DNA of 64,000 nt from Gammaproteobacteria bacterium (GTDB lineage: Bacteria > Pseudomonadota > Gammaproteobacteria > CAJXQU01), in assembly GCA_965238175.1 (NCBI GenBank), contig CBDEGZ010000003.1, positions 960,001-1,024,000 of the forward strand, read 5' to 3'. The position numbers and the translations under genes were made by a program. The notes under the pieces are model-generated. The model was not told where the DNA came from. It was given only the letters and a program-made list of their open reading frames with translations, and searched no databases. How positions within the stretch are numbered: position 1 is the first letter of the stretch; every line of letters starts with the position of its first letter. Below are positions 29,054-38,162 of this stretch, in pieces.

Positions 29054-29180
29054 AATTTTCTCAACTTGTATTTATATGTTTTTATATGAATTTCGTTGTG
29101 CTAATTTATGAATTCAAATATTTTGGTTTTTATTTTTCGATAGTTTAGAATAAAGTAAGAATCCACACTAAGCGTTATGC

Positions 29181-29789
29181 TTAGAAATCGCTGACAACAT
29201 CTAAGAAGGATTTGCTTTCGTTCAAGTCCAGAGGTTCTGCTTCGAGCTCTGATTTAAACAATAGAAATGCCTTTTCAGATAATTTATATATTATTTTCTC
29301 GTTCGAAATTTCAGTCAGGCCACTCTCTCTCCCCGCTGCCATTATCAGAGAAGCATAGCCGACGTAACTACCAAAAAAACGACTATTAATTCCATATGAT
29401 TGTTTGAATCGACCTTTTAGAATTTTCAAAAAAAAGAGCATTTGTGGTTTCACTTCAAGCATCGAATTGTTGACATCTTTTGGTGAAACCCTTCTCTCTT
29501 CATCGTAATTCCATGTACCCACCAAAAAGTGCCGTATAGTCGCAATTAATTTTTTCATTAAATCTGGCCTTTTTAGAGCTAACTGGCGATAGTTGAAAGT
29601 CTGTAACGCACGGCTTCCTAGTGCTTGGTAATATTTATGCACAGTTACCTTTGATACGAAAGTTTTCTTTGCGGTTTTGTCAGCCTCAACTCCTTCACAC
29701 CAATATTTTAGAACACTTAAAAACTTATCCTCACTCAGGTTAGAGTTTTTTACGAACTTATTTTTAGGTGTATAGAATTTACGCGGCAT
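29181..29789 (-). CDS. IS1595-transposase-derived protein lacking the DDE core
   Basis: N-terminus SNLSEDKF..LKYWCEG..ADKTA..VSKVTVHKYY..L..R and C-terminus LKGRFKQSYGI..FF...EPL resemble the two ends of IS1595 transposases. Confidence 0.55.
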   Translation of the reverse strand: MPRKFYTPKNKFVKNSNLSEDKFLSVLKYWCEGVEADKTAKKTFVSKVTVHKYYQALGSRALQTFNYRQLALKRPDLMKKLIATIRHFLVGTWNYDEERRVSPKDVNNSMLEVKPQMLFFLKILKGRFKQSYGINSRFFGSYVGYASLIMAAGRESGLTEISNEKIIYKLSEKAFLLFKSELEAEPLDLNESKSFLDVVSDF

Positions 29790-29904
29790 TCATTGATGGT
29801 ACAACAGTCTTTACTAGCTTTTCTATGGTTGCTGTCATTGTAAAAATATCCCCTATGATATGAAACCTCTTAAAAAAACACCGCAGAAGCGGTAAGAGGT
29901 ACAA

Positions 29905-30207
29905 ATGTTCAACAAATCCAAGTCCTCTAGTAATAAGGGGCAATCAACCGTCGAAAGTTCACTCTACGGGATGGCAAATATGCTGGCATTAATAGCTGCA
30001 TTTCTTGTCGCTCCGCAGATTTACGAGCATTCGGCAGATCCCGTCTATATGTATTTACTTAATTCCTACAGCGATCAAACACTGGCGGAATTAGGAATCT
30101 ACGTGTGGACATTCCTTGCAACCGCCTGTGTGTATTTTTTAAGCCGCGCCATCTTTGTATTGGCGCTCATGCTGATTGCACAGCGGCTGCTTGTTTTAGC
30201 ATTTTAA
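29905..30207 (+). CDS. Small multi-TM protein
   Basis: GAGG RBS; 2-3 hydrophobic segments. Confidence 0.7.
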   Translation: MFNKSKSSSNKGQSTVESSLYGMANMLALIAAFLVAPQIYEHSADPVYMYLLNSYSDQTLAELGIYVWTFLATACVYFLSRAIFVLALMLIAQRLLVLAF

Positions 30208-30225
30208 ATAAACAGGAGAAATATC

Positions 30226-30351
30226 ATGCCAAAAAAAGTATTAAGCAAACCAGTCGGTACTGTCCATAGAGTCGAATCCAAATGGACTTTTAGTGACTAT
30301 GTAATCGGTGCTGTCATTGTGTTTGTTTTAATCGCTGTCTTCTCTGGCTAA
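30226..30351 (+). CDS. 41-aa single-TM microprotein
   Basis: AGGAGA RBS; MPKKVLSKPVGTVHRVESKWTFSDYVIGAVIVFVLIAVFSG. Confidence 0.6.
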   Translation: MPKKVLSKPVGTVHRVESKWTFSDYVIGAVIVFVLIAVFSG

Positions 30352-30413
30352 TTAGCTAGCAAGACATTCATCCACCGCCCCGCTTCGGCGGGGCAACTTT
30401 CTGGATAAACATT

Positions 30414-32024
30414 ATGAACTACGAACAAGACCGTTTCGGCAGTGCCGGAGCCGTTTCAACCCATGCGTTGAAACACGCCAAGATTATTGGTGGTAAAGGC
30501 ATCAGTTTTGGTTTTGATGCCACCAAGCGTCATGAACTCCGTATTCCCACCGATGGCTCAACCGCCTTATTCGGTGGTGCAGGAAGTGGTAAAAGCGCAG
30601 GCCCCTTTGCCAATGCATTAATTGGTGGACATCTACCGGGTAATTTTATCTGTTTTGACCCACGCGGCGAACTCGCTGCTGTTAGCATGCTATCCCTATC
30701 GCTACAGGGTTATGAAATTTTTTACATTAACCACACCGGCATGTTGGGTTTACCCCAGCATCAAGTCAATCCACTCGACCATCTGAGAATTGATAGTCCA
30801 AGTTTAATTCCCGATGCCCAAAAATCGGCACTGGACTTTTGTCCTACCCCGGCGGGGATGCGAGCGAGTTGGGCCTTTGATGATGCGAGGCGTTGGCTTA
30901 CAGATTTATCACTCTATGATGCGGAACGTAATGGCTGTGCCAGCTTACCCGGTATCTATCAATTACTGCTTTCCTTACAAGGCGATTTAAACCAATGGTG
31001 CCAACATCTAGATCGGATGCTGCAATCACGCTTTGCAACCGTCCGTAGCTTTGCTAATGAGATTATGAGTTTGCAGCAAGAAGGCCGTGAGAGTTTTACC
31101 GCGCCTATGGGTGTGTTGCAAAATGCCTTTGCCTTTATGCGTGACCCACGTTTGCAACATACCTTCAGTGGTAATGACTTTTCTCTGCAATGGCTCACAG
31201 AGCCTAATCGCAAAATCGGAGTATTCGTCAATTGGCCTATTGAGTATATCGACACCCAAGCCCCGGCCATTCGGCAAGTGATTGGCTCGGCCATTCAAAA
31301 CAAACTACGTCAGCCGGGGAGTCAGCCTGTTAGTGTATTAATTGACGAAGCAGGTCAACTCAAAAACTTTCCTTCTGTGAGAGAACTTTTCACCTTTGGC
31401 CGAGGTGCAGGTCTTATCAGCAATATGGTGGCATGGCAGGAGATTTCTCAAATTCGTGCTGCTTTTGGCCCCCAAGCTGATGAGATTATTGGTTCAGCAC
31501 AGTTCAGAGTATTCAAGGGCGTACGTACGATGGACAGTGCCATGATGGTCTCACGTATGGCAGGCACCATGACGTTGGAATATGACGCTGTAAAAGAACA
31601 ATCCGATGCCCGGCGTCTAAAACAACAGGCCGCCCAACGGATGCTAACAGGTGGGAGTTTCTTTGAAGCGGCGGCGGATTTACGGCATTACAACGAGGCC
31701 GAAGAGCATCGCACCAAACAGGCCCGTCTAGTACTACAACCAGATGAAGTGCTGAACCTGCCACCCACTGCCATGGTCGCGTTTGCCTCCGGTTTGGTCG
31801 AAGGCCCAATTATTGGACATTGGATTAATCACTTTGAGCGTGCTGACTTTCCCGGAAAGTATCTCAACAACCCCTACCATGGAGAAGAGGTGCTACTTAA
31901 AACACGTTGGGGGTCAAAAAAGGCACGCATTATCGAAGAATCTGTTCCCGATGTCATGGCACATCTGCCGCAATACCAAAGCGGTACATGGCGATATGTG
32001 GAAGGCTATCGCCCAAAAATATGA
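30414..32024 (+). CDS. VirD4/TraG-like type IV coupling protein without an N-terminal TM domain
   Basis: FGSA at residues 8-11, Walker A GGAGSGKS, FDPRGEL, Walker B LIDEAGQL, ARLVLQPDEV. Confidence 0.88.
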   Translation: MNYEQDRFGSAGAVSTHALKHAKIIGGKGISFGFDATKRHELRIPTDGSTALFGGAGSGKSAGPFANALIGGHLPGNFICFDPRGELAAVSMLSLSLQGYEIFYINHTGMLGLPQHQVNPLDHLRIDSPSLIPDAQKSALDFCPTPAGMRASWAFDDARRWLTDLSLYDAERNGCASLPGIYQLLLSLQGDLNQWCQHLDRMLQSRFATVRSFANEIMSLQQEGRESFTAPMGVLQNAFAFMRDPRLQHTFSGNDFSLQWLTEPNRKIGVFVNWPIEYIDTQAPAIRQVIGSAIQNKLRQPGSQPVSVLIDEAGQLKNFPSVRELFTFGRGAGLISNMVAWQEISQIRAAFGPQADEIIGSAQFRVFKGVRTMDSAMMVSRMAGTMTLEYDAVKEQSDARRLKQQAAQRMLTGGSFFEAAADLRHYNEAEEHRTKQARLVLQPDEVLNLPPTAMVAFASGLVEGPIIGHWINHFERADFPGKYLNNPYHGEEVLLKTRWGSKKARIIEESVPDVMAHLPQYQSGTWRYVEGYRPKI

Positions 32025-32035
32025 GGTAATTATGA

Positions 32036-32578
32036 ATGATCACCAAAGACGAACTCAAAAGACTGGAACAACCGTCCCGGCAAAACAAAGAACTGCATTA
32101 TACGATTGGCGGCTCTGTAGAATCTGCCGTTCACTCAAATTTAGAGAGTGAGCGTATCAGCAAGCTTAATAAAGGCCACCGCATCATGAATAAGGCCGTT
32201 CAACAGTTTGAAAATAACATGGCCTTTAAATCACGCGAAGGACTGGCACACAGTCAGTTTCAGCAATTGGTGAATAGTGAACCACCGCCGCCAGACAGAA
32301 AGCTTGCTGAACAAACATGGCAGGATAATCATAAGGTGGCGCACCAAGAAACATTCGATAAAGCCCGCAAACAGTTTCGCTCTGCGATGCAACAGGCAAC
32401 CCAAGGTGAGCTTCCCATTATCGATACCGATTCAGGCTATGGTGCAGGTCAGGACAATACCACCGTTGAGAAATACGTTAACCATACCACTAAGGAACAA
32501 CAACCTGTCCGCAATGAACGGGTTAAGGCATTCGCACAAAATATGACGCAAGACCGCAGTCAAGGTTTAGAACGCTAA
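32036..32578 (+). CDS. Hypothetical protein with a relaxase-like C-terminal tail
   Basis: GAGG RBS; ends AFAQNMTQDRSQGLER. Confidence 0.7.
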   Translation: MITKDELKRLEQPSRQNKELHYTIGGSVESAVHSNLESERISKLNKGHRIMNKAVQQFENNMAFKSREGLAHSQFQQLVNSEPPPPDRKLAEQTWQDNHKVAHQETFDKARKQFRSAMQQATQGELPIIDTDSGYGAGQDNTTVEKYVNHTTKEQQPVRNERVKAFAQNMTQDRSQGLER

Positions 32579-32606
32579 TTTTTTACCAGCACACAGGAGA
32601 ACCATT

Positions 32607-32915
32607 ATGAGCAACGAGAATGAACAACACACAACCGTAATCAATTCACAGCAAGGTAATAGACCTATAGACACACTTTGGGATGGTTCTATTAAAGTCG
32701 CTATTTTTAAAAACCAACGGCAAAACGGTGTGTCATTTTCTGCTGAGGCAGGTCGGATTTATACCGATAGCCACGGTCAGACACAGGAAGCCAAAAGTTT
32801 TTCAGGTAGAGAATTACTTAGCGTGGCAAAACTTTCAGAAAAAGCCTATGACCGTATCGGCGAATTCAAGCAACAAATGAAATCTCAGCAACGAGGCACA
32901 GAGCGAGAACGCTAG
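32607..32915 (+). CDS. Putative ssDNA-binding (PC4/Whirly-like) protein with a relaxase-like tail
   Basis: PIDTLWDGSIKVAIFKN...RIYTD..G...KSFSGRELL; ends EFKQQMKSQQRGTERER. Fold call is inference. Confidence 0.55.
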   Translation: MSNENEQHTTVINSQQGNRPIDTLWDGSIKVAIFKNQRQNGVSFSAEAGRIYTDSHGQTQEAKSFSGRELLSVAKLSEKAYDRIGEFKQQMKSQQRGTERER

Positions 32916-32931
32916 ACAAAAAATAGAGATT

Positions 32932-32959
32932 GCCGTTGTGAATGCAACGGCTGTTTTTT
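32932..32959 (+). terminator. Rho-independent terminator of the T4CP operon
   Basis: GCCGTTG-N6-CAACGGC followed by TGTTTTTT. Confidence 0.75.
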
Positions 32960-32962
32960 GTA

Positions 32963-33005
32963 TTGCCAGATTTAAAAATATCGGTTAAATGTTCTCGTTA
33001 TGTTC
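32963..33005 (+). promoter_or_regulatory. Promoter of the integrase operon with an alphaproteobacterial LexA box
   Basis: TTGCCA...TTAAAT immediately followed by GTTC-TCGTTAT-GTTC (32991-33005). Confidence 0.6.
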
Positions 33006-33054
33006 TATTTAGAAAAGGAGAGAGCATTGATGTATTAATTCAAGACACGGAGGC

Positions 33055-33402
33055 GTGATGAAAAATAATAACACTATTGAAATCGCTGACTATAGCGAAG
33101 AGCAAAACGATATTGCGGTTGTGCCGCCCCTGCAATTGGAGCCGGATGACTATCGGGATGAGTTGGCAGAATTTGAGCTTACACCCGAGCAGGAAACTGA
33201 ACTGTTGCAAGTACTCTGGAATATCATGTCAACAATGGTTGACCTTGGTTGGGGACTGGATTCTGTACAACTGTTTTCATTGCCAAAAGCACATAAAATT
33301 GACAGCGATTCCAGTGACAAGGTAAAACTAACAGACAACAACCAAGCATTTAATCAGACCGCAGGAAATACAACTGAGAAAGGCAACAATGATGAAAAAT
33401 GA
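33055..33402 (+). CDS. Hypothetical protein overlapping the integrase start (candidate excision/directionality factor)
   Basis: GGAGG RBS; 14-nt overlap with the integrase; LWNIMSTMVDLGWG. Confidence 0.65.
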   Translation: MMKNNNTIEIADYSEEQNDIAVVPPLQLEPDDYRDELAEFELTPEQETELLQVLWNIMSTMVDLGWGLDSVQLFSLPKAHKIDSDSSDKVKLTDNNQAFNQTAGNTTEKGNNDEK

Positions 33403-34948
33403 AACAAATAAGAAAGCCCTTATCTACTGTCGCGTTTCCAGTAAGAAACAAACTAAAGGCAGTGGGTTGGACAGTCAGGAACACCGTTGCCGTCAATATG
33501 CAGCCTCTAAGGGCTATGAAGTCGAAGCTGTTTTTCCCGATGATGTAACCGGAGCAGGTGATTTTATGAAACGTCCCGGCATGGTGGCCTTGCTAGCGTA
33601 TCTGCAAGCGCAGACAGACAGCAATTACGTGGTGATTTTCGACGATCTCAAACGTTTCGCTCGTGACACTATCTTTCACTGGGGGTTACGTCACAAGCTC
33701 TTAGAATATGGCGCTACAGTGGAATGCCTGAATTTCAACTTTGAAGATACACCGGAAGGTGAGTTTGTTGAAACCATTGTTGCTGCGCAAGGGCAGCTTG
33801 AACGCCAGCAAAACCGCCGTCAGACCTTGCAAAAGATGAAAGCCCGACTTGAGAAAGGTTTTTTCGTTTTTCAGGCACCCATTGGTTATCGCTATCAGAA
33901 ATCACAGTATGGTGGAAAAGAATTAGTCAGGAATGAACCGCTTGCCAGTATCATGCAAGAGGCATTGGAAGGGTTTGCCACGGGTCGGTTTCAGATCAAG
34001 GCTGAGGTGAAACACTTTCTGGAGAGTTTTCCTGATTTCCCACGAGGCCCAAGCGGAGTCATCGGTAGTTCACGTATTGATGAAATGCTGACCCGTGTTA
34101 CTTACGCTGGATATATTGAGCATAAGGACTGGGGAGTGAGTTTACGAAAGGCGCGCCATGAAGGAATAATCAACTTTGAAATGTTCCAGAAAATACAGGA
34201 GCGTCTTAGAGGTCGAGCTAATGCGCCAGCCAGAAAAAATATCAATCAGGATTTTCCGTTGCGCGGCTTTATCAGTTGCTCGTGTGGAAAACCGTTAACC
34301 GCAGCATGGTCAAAGGGGCGTAATACCCATTACCCCTATTATTTTTGTCAGGCTCGCGATTGCAGTCATTACGGTAAGTCCATCAAGCGTGAAGTCATAG
34401 AAGGCGAATTTAAAACCCTGCTCAAACAACTAACCCCAACAAAGGAATTAATCGGGGTCGCCAGCATCATGTTTGAAAAGCTATGGAATCATCGAGCGCA
34501 ATATCAACAATCTCGTGTCTCCATGCTTGATACTGAATATATCAAAATTGATCGCAGTATCGACAAATTGCTTGATCGAGTCGTTGATGCTGAATCACCA
34601 ACAGTGATAAATGCACTTGAGAAACGAGTTAAAGCATTGGAAGAAAAGAAAATTGTGATACAGGAAAAAACCGCCAATTGTCGCCGCCCGGTAAAGGCCT
34701 ATAGTGACAGTTATAGAACCGCTATGGAATTCCTCGCTAAGCCTTATAGGCTATGGGCTTCCGATCGGCTTGAAGATAAGCGAGCAGTGCTAAAATTAGC
34801 CTTTGCAGACCGCTTAACCTATGTGCGTGGCGAAGGTTATAGAACCGCAAAAACCACCTTACCTTTCAAGGTATTAGGGGATTTTTTTGCTCAAAAAGAA
34901 GTAATGGTGGGCCCGGGAGGACTCGAACCTCCGACCAATGGATTATGA
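33389..34948 (+). CDS. Large serine recombinase (integrase); C-terminus reads antisense into the tRNA
   Basis: IYCRVSSKKQ, DDLKRFARD, recombinase domain, Zn ribbon CSCG...YYFC..C, coiled coil. Confidence 0.95.
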   Translation: MMKNETNKKALIYCRVSSKKQTKGSGLDSQEHRCRQYAASKGYEVEAVFPDDVTGAGDFMKRPGMVALLAYLQAQTDSNYVVIFDDLKRFARDTIFHWGLRHKLLEYGATVECLNFNFEDTPEGEFVETIVAAQGQLERQQNRRQTLQKMKARLEKGFFVFQAPIGYRYQKSQYGGKELVRNEPLASIMQEALEGFATGRFQIKAEVKHFLESFPDFPRGPSGVIGSSRIDEMLTRVTYAGYIEHKDWGVSLRKARHEGIINFEMFQKIQERLRGRANAPARKNINQDFPLRGFISCSCGKPLTAAWSKGRNTHYPYYFCQARDCSHYGKSIKREVIEGEFKTLLKQLTPTKELIGVASIMFEKLWNHRAQYQQSRVSMLDTEYIKIDRSIDKLLDRVVDAESPTVINALEKRVKALEEKKIVIQEKTANCRRPVKAYSDSYRTAMEFLAKPYRLWASDRLEDKRAVLKLAFADRLTYVRGEGYRTAKTTLPFKVLGDFFAQKEVMVGPGGLEPPTNGL

Positions 34949-34981
34949 GTCCACTGCTCTAACCAACTGAGCTACAGGCCC
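34905..34981 (-). tRNA. ileX: tRNA-Ile2 (anticodon CAU, lysidine type)
   Basis: GGGCCTGTAGCTCAGTTGGTTAGAGCAGTGGACTCATAATCCATTGGTCGGAGGTTCGAGTCCTCCCGGGCCCACCA; located downstream of rpoD like E. coli ileX. Confidence 0.93.
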
Positions 34982-35010
34982 TGAATGGGTTGGCAATTAT
35001 AGCCGAGTGC

Positions 35011-35037
35011 GTTTGATCCTGAAAGTCAGGATCAAAC
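35011..35037 (-). terminator. Hairpin between rpoD and the tRNA (possible rpoD terminator)
   Basis: GTTTGATCCTGA-AAG-TCAGGATCAAAC, 12-bp stem; no clear U-tract. Confidence 0.45.
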
Positions 35038-35074
35038 TTATCGTTGTACGACTAAACGAATTGGATTTATTAGT

Positions 35075-36300
35075 TGTAGAAGTTTAGACCCAATCTGACA
35101 CATCACTAAATCAAGCGGAGCGTAGCGACGCTTGATTTAGTGAGAGTTACCCGCTTTGATGTAACTGCAACGTAAACATCAAAACACAAAGAGGTAACTC
35201 TCATGATTCATACTAATGACAAAGTTATAAAACATAAAGTTGGTCTACTCAATCTCGCTGAAGAACTCGGCAATGTCTCAAAAGCCTGCAAGATGATGGG
35301 TTTGTCCAGAGATACATTTTATCGCTACAAAGAAGCGGCTGATGAAGGCGGTGTAGAAGCCTTGTTTGATCGTAATCGGCGTACCCCAAATCTTAAAAAC
35401 AGAATCGACCCGGCTATTGAAACCGTTGTGCTCGAGTATGCACTGGAAGAGCCCGCACATGGTCAAACGCGCACCAGTAACGAGCTGCGCAAACGGGGAA
35501 CATTTGTCTCACCCAGTGGCGTTCGTTGTATCTGGCTTCGTCATGGTCTTGCTTGCTTTAAAGATCGCCTGAAGGCATTGTCTGATAAGGTAGCTGGTGA
35601 AGGCTTGATCCTCACTGAGTCTCAAGTCGCGGCGATGGAACGCAAAAAAGACGACGATGAGGCTTGTGGCGAGATAGAGACGGCACACCCTGGTTATCTT
35701 GGCTCGCAAGATACTTACTATGTCGGTACTTTCAAAGGCATTGGTCGGGTTTATCAACAAACGTTTGTTGATACTTACAGCAAGGTCGCTCACGCGAAAC
35801 TGTACCCGACTAAAACACCGATTACGGCAGCTGACATGCTCAATGACCGCGTCCTCCCATTCTACGAAGAACAACGTTTGCCTATGTTGCGCATTTTGAC
35901 AGATAGAGGGACGGAGTATTGTGGGCGAGCTGACCAGCATGATTATCAGCTTTATATGGCGTTGAACAATATCGAACACACCAAAACCAAGGTCAAATCA
36001 CCTCAGACGAATGGTATTTGTGAGCGATTCCATAAGACGATCCTCAATGAGTTTTATCAAGTCGCTTTGCGTAAGAAAATTTACCAATCGATTGATGAAC
36101 TGCAACTCGACCTTGACGAATGGTTGCTCAAATACAATACTCAACGAACTCACCAAGGCAAAATGTGCTGCGGGAGGACGCCGATGGAAACACTCATCGA
36201 CGGACAAGCTATCTGGAAGGAAAAGTTTGTGAATTAAACTTAACCTGACAGTCGGTTACTGATAATTGGGTAACTGTCAGATCAAATCTGAATTTCTACA
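35075..36300 (+). mobile_element. IS481-family insertion sequence, copy 3
   Basis: 1226 bp; 7-bp target duplication TATTAGT contains the rpoD stop codon. Confidence 0.95.
35203..36237 (+). CDS. IS481-family DDE transposase
   Basis: Protein identical to copies 1 and 2. Confidence 0.95.
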   Translation: MIHTNDKVIKHKVGLLNLAEELGNVSKACKMMGLSRDTFYRYKEAADEGGVEALFDRNRRTPNLKNRIDPAIETVVLEYALEEPAHGQTRTSNELRKRGTFVSPSGVRCIWLRHGLACFKDRLKALSDKVAGEGLILTESQVAAMERKKDDDEACGEIETAHPGYLGSQDTYYVGTFKGIGRVYQQTFVDTYSKVAHAKLYPTKTPITAADMLNDRVLPFYEEQRLPMLRILTDRGTEYCGRADQHDYQLYMALNNIEHTKTKVKSPQTNGICERFHKTILNEFYQVALRKKIYQSIDELQLDLDEWLLKYNTQRTHQGKMCCGRTPMETLIDGQAIWKEKFVN

Positions 36301-36302
36301 TA

Positions 36303-38162
36303 TTAGTTATCCAGGAAAGTTCGAAGTTGTTCTGATCGTGAAGGATGGCGTAATTTTCTTAATGCTTTTGCTTCTATTTGACGAATGCGTTCACGTGTTA
36401 CATCAAACTGTTTTCCGACTTCTTCCAAGGTGTGATCGGTGTTCATGCCGATACCAAAGCGCATGCGCAGTACTTTGGCTTCTCTTGGAGTGAGTCCTTC
36501 GAGTACGTCACTTGTTGTTCTACACAGTCCTTCAAAGGTAGCTGAATCAACAGGTGCTTGGATATTAATGTCTTCAATGAAGTCTCCGAGGTGCGAATCT
36601 TCATCGTCACCTATAGGTGTTTCCATAGAGATAGGTTCTTTAGCGATTTTTAGTACTTTGCGGATCTTGTCTTCTGGCATTTGCATGCGTTCGGCAAGTT
36701 CTTCAGGTGTTGGTTCACGTCCTTTTTCTTGAAGGATTTGCCGAGAGATACGATTCAGTTTATTGATCGTTTCTATCATGTGCACGGGGATACGGATAGT
36801 ACGTGCTTGATCGGCAATTGATCGCGTTATTGCTTGCCTGATCCACCATGTTGCGTAGGTGGAGAATTTGTAGCCACGACGATATTCAAATTTATCGACG
36901 GCTTTCATCAGGCCGATATTGCCTTCCTGAATAAGATCCAGAAAGAGCAGGCCACGGTTGGTGTATTTTTTCGCGATCGAAATAACCAGCCTTAAGTTGG
37001 CTTCAACCATTTCTTTTTTCGCACGCCGTGCTTTTGCCTCACCGATCGACATGCGACGGTTGATCTCTTTGATCTCCGGGATTGGCATGTACGATCTTTC
37101 TTCAACTTGAATAAGTCGTTTTTGCGCAAATATAATATCTTCCTGATAGTTTTTTAGTTTTTCTGACCAGGGTTTTCCGGCAGCAAGTAATTGATCTGTC
37201 CAATCTAAGTTGGTTTCATTATCTTTAAATGAGGCAATGAAATCTTTACGTGGCATTCCAGAACGTTTAGTACATGCGGTGATGATGGTTTTTTCTTGCT
37301 TGCGCAGTTCATCAACTAGACCTCGAACTTCTTTATTTAAGCGATCAATAAATTTAGGTGTGAATTTAAGTTCGCGAAAGCGTTCTGCCAGTTCTTTTCT
37401 GAGAGGCTTGGTTTTATCATCTTCTCTGCCGTGTTGTTTTGTTGTAGCAAGGACTCTGTCATGCAATTTAGCGAGATGTGTGAAGCGAATGTGTGCTTCT
37501 TCAGGATCTAATGCATTTGGATCTTCTTCCTCTTCGTCGCCATCGTCATCAGGTTCTGAATTATCTTCTGCTTCGACAGCCGGTCTTGGTGCTGGTTGGG
37601 CTGCTGCTTCGTTAGGGTCAAAAAATCCAGTGATGACGTCAGTTAATTTGAGTTCTTCCGTACCAACTTTGTCATATTCAGCTAATACGATATCCATGAT
37701 ATATGGATAATCAGACAGGGCAGCAAGGACTTGGGTTAAGCCTTGTTCGATGCGTTTTGCGATGACGATCTCACCTTCTCGGGTAAGAAGGTCAACCGTT
37801 CCCATTTCACGCATATACATTCTGACGGGATCAGTTGTTCGCCCAAAGTCGTTTTCAACTAATGCCAGCGCTGCGGCTGCTTCTTCCGCCGCTTCATCAC
37901 TGTCTGTGACGGCGTTATCCGACATCAACAATGAATCCATGTCTGGAGCTGTTTCATGGACTGTAATACCCATGTCATTGATCATGCTGATAATTTCTTC
38001 GATCTGCTCAGGATCTACAATTTCTCCTGGCAAGTGATCGTTTACTTCATGATATGTGAGGTAGCCCTGTTCTTTACCTTTTGCGATCAATTCCTTTAAC
38101 AAGGAACGTTGCACGTCTGTTTTTACTGGTGAAGATGAATTCTCTTTTGTTTTTTTATCCAT
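36303..38162 (-). CDS. rpoD: RNA polymerase sigma factor RpoD
   Basis: [60 protein letters not shown]. Confidence 0.99.
   Translation of the reverse strand: MDKKTKENSSSPVKTDVQRSLLKELIAKGKEQGYLTYHEVNDHLPGEIVDPEQIEEIISMINDMGITVHETAPDMDSLLMSDNAVTDSDEAAEEAAAALALVENDFGRTTDPVRMYMREMGTVDLLTREGEIVIAKRIEQGLTQVLAALSDYPYIMDIVLAEYDKVGTEELKLTDVITGFFDPNEAAAQPAPRPAVEAEDNSEPDDDGDEEEEDPNALDPEEAHIRFTHLAKLHDRVLATTKQHGREDDKTKPLRKELAERFRELKFTPKFIDRLNKEVRGLVDELRKQEKTIITACTKRSGMPRKDFIASFKDNETNLDWTDQLLAAGKPWSEKLKNYQEDIIFAQKRLIQVEERSYMPIPEIKEINRRMSIGEAKARRAKKEMVEANLRLVISIAKKYTNRGLLFLDLIQEGNIGLMKAVDKFEYRRGYKFSTYATWWIRQAITRSIADQARTIRIPVHMIETINKLNRISRQILQEKGREPTPEELAERMQMPEDKIRKVLKIAKEPISMETPIGDDEDSHLGDFIEDINIQAPVDSATFEGLCRTTSDVLEGLTPREAKVLRMRFGIGMNTDHTLEEVGKQFDVTRERIRQIEAKALRKLRHPSRSEQLRTFLDN

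Larger units (their letters stand above)
15971..34912. mobile_element. Integrative mobilizable element (~18.9 kb) at the tRNA-Ile(CAU) 3' end
   Basis: Direct repeat TGGTGGGC (tRNA 3' end) at 15971 and 34905, within a shared 23-mer CTCAAAAAGAAGTAATGGTGGGC. Serine integrase, relaxase, mobC and T4CP present; no VirB genes. Confidence 0.9.

Noticed and set aside
15971-34912. Prophage or self-transmissible ICE
   Set aside because: No capsid, terminase or tail genes and no VirB mating-pair genes; DUF5131 alone does not indicate a phage.
34905-34981. tRNA-Met call from the CAU anticodon
   Set aside because: Sequence and position after rpoD resemble ileX-type tRNA-Ile2; it lacks the initiator C1:A72 mismatch and triple G-C anticodon stem.
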